Virus record (IMG/VR): IMGVR_UViG_3300022758_000081
Span: 1 to 4,384 of that record
DNA: 4,384 bases
Source of the DNA: a virus
Lineage: Duplodnaviria > Heunggongvirae > Uroviricota > Caudoviricetes
Reading direction: 5' to 3' (one strand)
The position numbers were made by a program, and so were the translations under genes. Under the pieces are notes generated by a model. The model made no database searches and was not told the DNA's origin. It saw nothing but the letters and a program-made list of their open reading frames with translations. Within the stretch, counting starts at the first letter, position 1. Each line of letters opens with the position of its first letter. Positions 1-4,384 of the stretch are shown here, one piece after another.

Positions 1-1096
1 GCCGGGATTCTGGAACTCTCCGTGAAATGCAACATGGGCGATCCGGATAACGATTTCTTCGAGCTTCGTGCAGATGACCTGCGTGATGAGCGTTCTTACC
101 GTCGCCGCATCCAGGCATCCGCCGAAAAAACTGGCGAATAACATTGAGTCAGCAATTGCCAAACAGGCAACCGAAATGGGCTCACTTGTTGTTCACGATA
201 CCCGCGCAATTGGTCCATCTACTGGCCTGTCTGGCTGGGATTTTGTGTCTGATGCAGAGCGCCTGATGTTCTCCCGTGAGCTAAACCGCGATATGGGCAT
301 CAGTTACTTCCTGAACCCTGACGATTACCGCAAAGCAGGCCGCAACCTGGTAGATGGTGACATCTTTGGGCGCGTTCCTGAAGACGCGTATCGCAACGGT
401 ACTATTCAGCGTCAGATTGCTGGCTTTGATGAAATTCTTCGCTCACCGAAACTTCCGGCAGTTACCAAGTCAACCGCTACTGGTGTAACTGTTTCTGGTG
501 CGCAGAAGTTTAAGCCGCAGGCATACACTCTTGATACCGATGGTAACAAAGAGAACGTCGACAACCGTGTTGCAACTGTGACCGTATCCTCCACCACCGG
601 GTTTAAGCGCGGCGACAAAATCAGCTTCACTGGTGTGAAATTCCTGTCTCAGATGGCGAAGAACGTGCTGACTGATGATGCTACTTTCTCAATCACCCGT
701 GTGATCGATGGTACTCACATCGAAATCACGCCGAAGCCGATTGCACTGGATGACGCGTCACTGACAAAAGAAGAGAAGGCTTACGCTAACGTAAACACCT
801 CTCTTGCTGATACCACTCCGGTAAACGTTCTGAACGTGGCAACAACCACCGCTAACGTGTTCTGGGCTGATGACTCAATCCGACTGCTGTCTCAGCCTAT
901 CCCGGTAACCCATGAGCTGTTTGCTGGCATGAAAACGTCTTCCTTCAGCATTCCTGGTATTGGTGTTAACGGCATCTTCGCAACGCAGGGTGATATCAAC
1001 ACTCTGTCTGGTAAGTGCCGTATTGCTGTGTGGTATTCAGCATGTGCTGTACGACCAGAGGCAATTGGTGTTGGTCTGCCTAACCAGACTGCGTGA
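1..1096 (+). CDS. P22-like major capsid (coat) protein, gp5 family; 5'-partial and interrupted by a +1 nt frameshift
   Basis: Frame 1 from the window start translates [38 protein letters not shown], which matches the P22 coat protein as I recall it (..[33 protein letters not shown]). That frame stops at TAA 139-141. Coat homology (KKLANNIE...EMGSLV...[10 protein letters not shown]...GDKISF.GVKFL.QMAKNVL...[12 protein letters not shown]) resumes in frame 2 and runs to TGA 1094-1096. The frame switch maps to the A6 run at 125-130. The ORF-track start at GTG 68 is internal, not the real start. Confidence 0.88.
2..22. repeat. Left copy of a 21-bp perfect inverted repeat (CCGGGATTCTGGAACTCTCCG) shared with the right window terminus
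   Basis: Direct comparison: the reverse complement of 4364-4384 is identical to 2-22, and similarity stops abruptly at the inner boundary. The repeat lies inside the coat ORF (encoding GILELS). Confidence 0.85.
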
Positions 1097-1104
1097 TAAC
1101 CAGA

Positions 1105-1126
1105 GGGAGCTTCGGCTCCCTTTTCT
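1105..1126 (+). terminator. Putative intrinsic (rho-independent) terminator/attenuator downstream of the coat gene
   Basis: Perfect 6-bp GC-rich stem GGGAGC (1105-1110) / GCTCCC (1115-1120) with a TTCG tetraloop (1111-1114), followed by TTTTCT (1121-1126), starting 9 nt after the coat stop codon. Partial terminators after the highly expressed coat gene are a known feature of tailed-phage late operons. Confidence 0.6.
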
Positions 1127-1139
1127 ATTGGAGATACCA

Positions 1140-1727
1140 ATGAGCGTAATGATTTTTCAGGCTGGCGGAGATACCAAAATCTGGGGGCGCAAGCTGAAAA
1201 CGAAAACCGTTGATCCTGATGATGTAGCTGTGCACTTAGCAAATGGCTGGTATAAGCACCCTGACGATGTTCCTGATGATCCTCTTGTTGGTGATCAAAT
1301 TGGGAGTGTTGGCGGAGGTGAAACTTCCCCAGTTGATATGGGCGAAGTGTCCGACGGTTATCACACTTTTAACGAGCTTTACGCTCACCGAGTGCGCCTC
1401 TTCTCATCGCTGATGCATGCTTACGCTGAGCTTTCGTGGTGGTCTCGCAAACACAGTGACGGTGAAGAGTGGGATGGCTGGATCATTGCTGGTATCACCA
1501 CTCCAGAAGGCGAAATCACTTATCACCTACCTGTTGAAGAAATCGAGTTCCTTCCTGAAGGTACTGAGCTTGAGTTCGGGAAAGAGTGGGATGGTCATGA
1601 AGCAAATGATGTTCTTGGACGACTCCTGAGTTTGCGTCCGGCCATTGCAGAGCCAGAAGAAAAACAGCGTAAAAAGCCTGGTCGAAAACCTAAGGCGGCA
1701 GCAGATGAACCTGACAACGAAGGGTGA
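1140..1727 (+). CDS. Hypothetical acidic protein (195 aa) between the coat and gp4 genes; function unknown, possible moron
   Basis: ATG 1140-1142 preceded by GGAG at 1130-1133 (6-nt spacer); open to TGA 1725-1727. The product is visibly Asp/Glu-rich ([53 protein letters not shown]) with a short basic C-terminal tail ([11 protein letters not shown]). Its 3' end overlaps the gp4 start by 23 nt. I do not recognise the family. Confidence 0.6.
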   Translation: MSVMIFQAGGDTKIWGRKLKTKTVDPDDVAVHLANGWYKHPDDVPDDPLVGDQIGSVGGGETSPVDMGEVSDGYHTFNELYAHRVRLFSSLMHAYAELSWWSRKHSDGEEWDGWIIAGITTPEGEITYHLPVEEIEFLPEGTELEFGKEWDGHEANDVLGRLLSLRPAIAEPEEKQRKKPGRKPKAAADEPDNEG

Positions 1728-2316
1728 TTTAGTTCTTGCGGCATTACGTAAGCTCGGTGTGGCATCAAATGCCACGTTAACCGATGTCGAACCGCAGTCT
1801 ATGGAAGACGGCGTCAACGACCTTGAAATGATGATGGCTGAATGGCTTGGCGGTGATGCGTCACCTGGGATCAACGTTGGCTACATTTTTGCTGATGCAG
1901 ATGTCGCTCCGGATCCGGGCGATGAACACGGTTTATCAAATAACGCTATCAATGCCGTTATTTTCAATCTTGCCTGCCGCATTGCTCCAGATTATGCGCT
2001 GGAAGCGTCTGCAAAACTTATAACCACTGCCAGATACGGGAAAGAGCGACTCGTCAAACTGTCTGCAATGGACAGAGCAAAAGCCGCTAAATGTAAGTCC
2101 GGTTATCCAAACCGTATGCCTGTTGGTAGCGGTAACCAGTTGGCGAAGTGGAACGGTTGGAATTACTTCCACCGAAAGAACCTTGCGATAACGGGAGCGA
2201 ATAATGCCGATTCAGCAACTTCCGCTCATGAAAGGTGTCGGCAAAGACTTCCGAAATGCCGACTATATCGACTATCTACCAGTGAATATGTTGGCTACAC
2301 CCAAAGAAATCCTTAA
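1705..2316 (+). CDS. P22 gp4-like head completion / portal-binding tail accessory factor; 3' end uncertain (possible frameshift)
   Basis: ATG 1705-1707; the N-terminal region [33 protein letters not shown]...[14 protein letters not shown] matches my recollection of P22 gp4. As read, the frame runs 112 nt into gene 10 and ends in an Arg/Cys-rich tail ([15 protein letters not shown]...) that looks like out-of-frame read-through. A TAA at 2202-2204 in the -1 frame would give a TAATG stop-start overlap with gene 10. Confidence 0.72.
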   Translation: MNLTTKGDLVLAALRKLGVASNATLTDVEPQSMEDGVNDLEMMMAEWLGGDASPGINVGYIFADADVAPDPGDEHGLSNNAINAVIFNLACRIAPDYALEASAKLITTARYGKERLVKLSAMDRAKAAKCKSGYPNRMPVGSGNQLAKWNGWNYFHRKNLAITGANNADSATSAHERCRQRLPKCRLYRLSTSEYVGYTQRNP

Positions 2317-3620
2317 CAGCAGCGGATATCTTCGCTCATTCCCGGGCATTGCCAAACGCTCTGATGTAAACGGTGTATCGCGCGGAGTCGAGTACAACAT
2401 GGCGCAGAATGCTGTTTATCGCGTGTGTGGTGGGAAGCTTTACAAAGGCGAAAGCGAAGTCGGTGACGTCGCCGGAAGTGGTCGCGTATCAATGGCGCAT
2501 GGTCGGACATCTCAGGCTGTAGGTGTTAATGGTCAACTGGTCGAGTATCGCTATGATGGCACGGTTAAAACCGTCTCAAACTGGCCTACAGACAGCGGAT
2601 TCACACAGTACGAGTTAGGTTCAGTTCGCGACATTACGCGCTTACGTGGGCGTTATGCGTGGTCAAAAGACGGAACTGATTCATGGTTTATCACTGACCT
2701 TGGAGACGAATCGCACCCTGACCGATACAGTGCACAATATCGTGCCGAGTCTCAGCCTGACGGTATTATCGGCATCGGAACATGGCGAGACTTCATCGTC
2801 TGCTTTGGTTCATCGACGATTGAATATTTCTCCCTGACTGGTGCAACCACAGTTGGTGCTGCTTTGTATGTCGCACAGCCATCGCTGATGGTGCAAAAAG
2901 GCATCGCCGGGACTTACTGCAAACGCCGTTTGCTGATTCCTATGCGTTTATCAGCAATCCGGCAACAGGTGCGCCGTCTGTATACATCATCGGCTCCGGT
3001 CAGGTGTCACCAATTGCCAGCGAGAGCATTGAGAAATCCTCCGCTCCTACACTGCTGATGAACTGGCTGATGGTGTGATGGAATCGCTGCGGTTTGATGC
3101 TCATGAGTTGCTGATTATCCACCTTCCTCGCCATGTTCTCGTGTACGACGCATCTTCAAGCGCCAATGGTCCGCAATGGTGTGTACTGAAAACAGGCTTG
3201 TATGACGATGTGTACCGCGCTATCGACTTCATTTACGAAGGAAATCAGATAACGTGCGGCGATAAGCTGGAATCGGTGACCGGGAAATTGCAGTTCGATA
3301 TCAGCAGTCAGTATGGGCTTCAACAGGAACACCTGCTGTTTACTCCACTGTTCAAAGCGGATAACGCCAGATGCTTCGATCTGGAGGTGGAATCATCCAC
3401 TGGCGTAGCTCAGTACGCCGACCGCCTGTTCCTCTCTGCAACCACTGACGGCATAAATTATGGGCGTGAGCAGATGATTGAGCAGAATGAACCGTTCGTT
3501 TACGACAAACGCGTTTTGTGGAAACGAGTAGGGCGCATCAGGAAAAACATTGGTTTCAAATTGCGCGTTATCACGAAGTCACCTGTCACTCTGTCTGGCT
3601 GCCAGATAAGGATTGAGTAA
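2204..3620 (+). CDS. P22 gp10-like tail accessory factor (head completion / tail hub protein), interrupted by two -1 nt frameshifts
   Basis: ATG 2204-2206 with GGGAG at 2193-2197. [49 protein letters not shown]... closely matches P22 gp10 as I recall it. Homology runs in frame 2 to about 2920, frame 1 from 2923 to 3033 ([38 protein letters not shown]), and frame 0 from 3033 to TAA 3618-3620 ([39 protein letters not shown]...LSGCQIRIE). The ORF-track pieces 2204..3058 and 3075..3620 are fragments of this one gene. The stop overlaps the next ATG as TAATG (3618-3622). Confidence 0.88.
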
Positions 3621-3757
3621 TGGCGGATTCGAATCTCAATGTGCCGGTAATCATTCAGGCTACACGGCTAGACACATCAGTCCTTCCACGCAATATCTTC
3701 TCGCAGTACATCTGCCCGTGGCGGAATTTGCGCGCAGCGAACGATGTGACGCACTGA
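3620..3757 (+). pseudogene. Remnant of the P22 gp26-like tail needle gene: N-terminal ~30 codons only
   Basis: ATG 3620-3622 is translationally coupled to gp10. [28 protein letters not shown] matches the gp26 N-terminus as I recall it ([28 protein letters not shown]). Similarity ends at about codon 29-30 (near 3705-3712). The frame then reads unrelated sequence ([17 protein letters not shown]) to TGA 3755-3757. No frame downstream encodes the expected coiled-coil needle shaft. Confidence 0.7.
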
Positions 3758-4038
3758 ACGGTGGTGTTAGTCAGAATGTATCGCCAGAACGCCAGCCCGA
3801 TTTCCTTGCTGAAGCCGCGAATCTCTGGCAGGTACATGGCGTGGCAATCGAATGTCAGCGGCTGAATCTCCTGATAGTAAACAATGCCGCCGAACTGCCC
3901 GTGCACGTTCACCTCAAAGTAACGGCAATCAGGTTTGTAGTCGTATCCATCACCGTTGTTGCTCCCGGCGATAATGTCAGGGTGATTTCCTACTGCTTCG
4001 ATCAGGTCGATGTTTCGCGTTGGTTTGAACTGAATCAT
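3655..4038 (-). CDS. Hypothetical protein (127 aa), unknown function; convergent with the late operon
   Basis: Start ATG is the complement of 4036-4038, with GGAG about 7 nt upstream on the minus strand. It overlaps the upstream gene's TAA as TAATG. Codon choice in the sampled core (aac ggt gat tac gac aaa cgt gtg) looks like genuine enterobacterial coding sequence, whereas the in-register plus-strand ORF 3613..4095 uses rarer codons (agg, gta). The last ~17 codons are antisense to the gp26 remnant and use rare codons (agg, gga, ata), so the native C-terminus is probably lost or altered. Confidence 0.55.
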   Translation of the reverse strand: MIQFKPTRNIDLIEAVGNHPDIIAGSNNGDGYDYKPDCRYFEVNVHGQFGGIVYYQEIQPLTFDCHAMYLPEIRGFSKEIGLAFWRYILTNTTVQCVTSFAARKFRHGQMYCEKILRGRTDVSSRVA

Positions 4039-4384
4039 TACTGCTCCGCGATTATCTTGATGGTTGTGGCAGTAAACGCCGCACCATTTGACTGAATGGT
4101 TAACGTACTGCCATTTGTGGCAAGAAAGCCGTCTTTATCCACGCTGAAGAACGTAGCTAACAGGATGTTGTCGGTTGTTGTCGCCGCATTACGACTGCTG
4201 ACCAGTGTGTCAGGAACAGAGCCGGAAAAGGTTAGCTGCATTGACCTGTTTGCGGTTCCGCTGGGCCACGTCCCGACGATCGACAGCTTGAAGAACAAGG
4301 TTTTGTTCTCGTTGAACACAACCATCTTGTTGTTAACGGTGTCGAAGAATGGTGCCAACGTGCCGGAGAGTTCCAGAATCCCGG
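4038..4384 (-). CDS. Hypothetical protein, C-terminal portion only (the gene continues beyond the right edge of the window); Thr/Ser/Asn-rich, beta-type sequence
   Basis: The minus-strand frame is open from the window edge (..GILELSGTLAPFFDTVNNKMVVFNENK...GSTLTIQSNGAAFTATTIKIIAEQ) to a TAA that is the complement of 4038-4040. The TTG at 4356-4358 reported by the ORF track is not a real start. The composition resembles a fibre, adhesin or receptor-binding domain, but I recognise no family. Its first visible codons lie in the 21-nt terminal inverted repeat. Confidence 0.5.
   Translation of the reverse strand, partial: GILELSGTLAPFFDTVNNKMVVFNENKTLFFKLSIVGTWPSGTANRSMQLTFSGSVPDTLVSSRNAATTTDNILLATFFSVDKDGFLATNGSTLTIQSNGAAFTATTIKIIAEQ
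4364..4384. repeat. Right copy of the 21-bp perfect inverted repeat (reverse complement of 2-22)
   Basis: CGGAGAGTTCCAGAATCCCGG at 4364-4384 is the reverse complement of 2-22. It is read in the same frame (GILELS) by the minus-strand terminal ORF. Confidence 0.85.

Noticed and set aside
121-141. Programmed ribosomal frameshifting as the explanation for the coat or gp10 frame changes
   Set aside because: No slippery heptamer or downstream structure is evident. Programmed frameshifting is not known for these genes, and coat and gp10 must be made at full length in a single frame.
412-630. Minus-strand 72-aa ORF inside the coat gene
   Set aside because: Antisense to a conserved region of the coat gene; short; no independent signal.
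68-1096. GTG at 68 as the true start of the coat gene (as in the ORF track)
   Set aside because: Coat-protein homology clearly continues upstream to the window edge in another frame ([18 protein letters not shown]...). The ORF-track start is an internal codon created by the frameshift.
960-1139. N-terminal extension of the acidic ORF back to 960 (as in the ORF track)
   Set aside because: The extension overlaps the coat 3' end and passes through the terminator hairpin. The ATG at 1140 has a well-spaced GGAG and is the more plausible start.
892-1242. Minus-strand 116-aa ORF overlapping the coat 3' end and the terminator
   Set aside because: It lies antisense to the strongly supported coat gene and crosses the terminator hairpin; no ribosome-binding site; most likely a shadow ORF.
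1417-1629. Plus-strand 70-aa ORF in an alternative frame inside the acidic ORF
   Set aside because: Out of frame within the longer ORF 1140..1727; no ribosome-binding site; likely spurious.
1684-1710. AT-hook DNA-binding motif in the acidic ORF C-terminus (KKPGRKPK)
   Set aside because: The core is GRKP rather than the canonical RGRP. It is a basic patch, but not a confident AT-hook call.
1527-1874. Minus-strand 115-aa ORF spanning the junction of the acidic ORF and gp4
   Set aside because: Antisense to two plus-strand genes; Cys/Arg/Phe-rich, low-complexity translation typical of shadow frames.
1936-2172. Minus-strand 78-aa ORF inside gp4
   Set aside because: Antisense to gp4 homology; no start-site support.
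2313-2510. Minus-strand 65-aa ORF inside gp10
   Set aside because: Antisense to highly conserved gp10 sequence; Arg/His/Cys-rich junk-like translation.
2646-2837. Plus-strand 63-aa ORF in an alternative frame inside gp10
   Set aside because: Out of frame within conserved gp10 coding sequence.
3613-4095. Plus-strand 160-aa ORF downstream of gp10
   Set aside because: It is in codon register with the minus-strand gene 3655..4038 (an antisense shadow), is Val/Ala/Leu-rich with rarer codons (agg, gta, ctc), and shows no gp26-like coiled-coil sequence. The minus-strand reading has better codon usage, a ribosome-binding site and TAATG coupling.
1-4384. CRISPR array, tRNA/rRNA genes, IS element or integrase
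   Set aside because: No spaced direct repeats, no tRNA-like cloverleaf candidates and no transposase- or integrase-like ORFs were seen. The only notable DNA repeat is the 21-bp terminal inverted repeat.

Overview
This window is a fragment of the late (virion morphogenesis) operon of a P22-like (Lederbergvirus-type) enterobacterial phage or prophage. On the + strand it carries the major coat protein gene (5'-partial), a hairpin terminator, an unrecognised acidic 195-codon ORF, the gp4 homologue, the gp10 homologue and the first ~30 codons of the gp26 tail-needle gene. All identifications rest on my recollection of the P22 protein sequences, not on a search. The module looks damaged: the coat gene has a +1 nt frameshift in an A6 run, gp10 has two -1 nt frameshifts in A3 runs, and gp4 probably has one near its 3' end. 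gp26 homology stops near 3705-3712, and everything to the right is unrelated: a convergent, translationally coupled pair of minus-strand genes of unknown function. The first and last 21 nt of the window are a perfect inverted repeat that is in frame in both terminal ORFs. Together these point to a rearranged, probably defective prophage or a chimeric, homopolymer-error-prone assembly; the sequence alone cannot distinguish them. No tRNA, rRNA, CRISPR array or IS element was seen.
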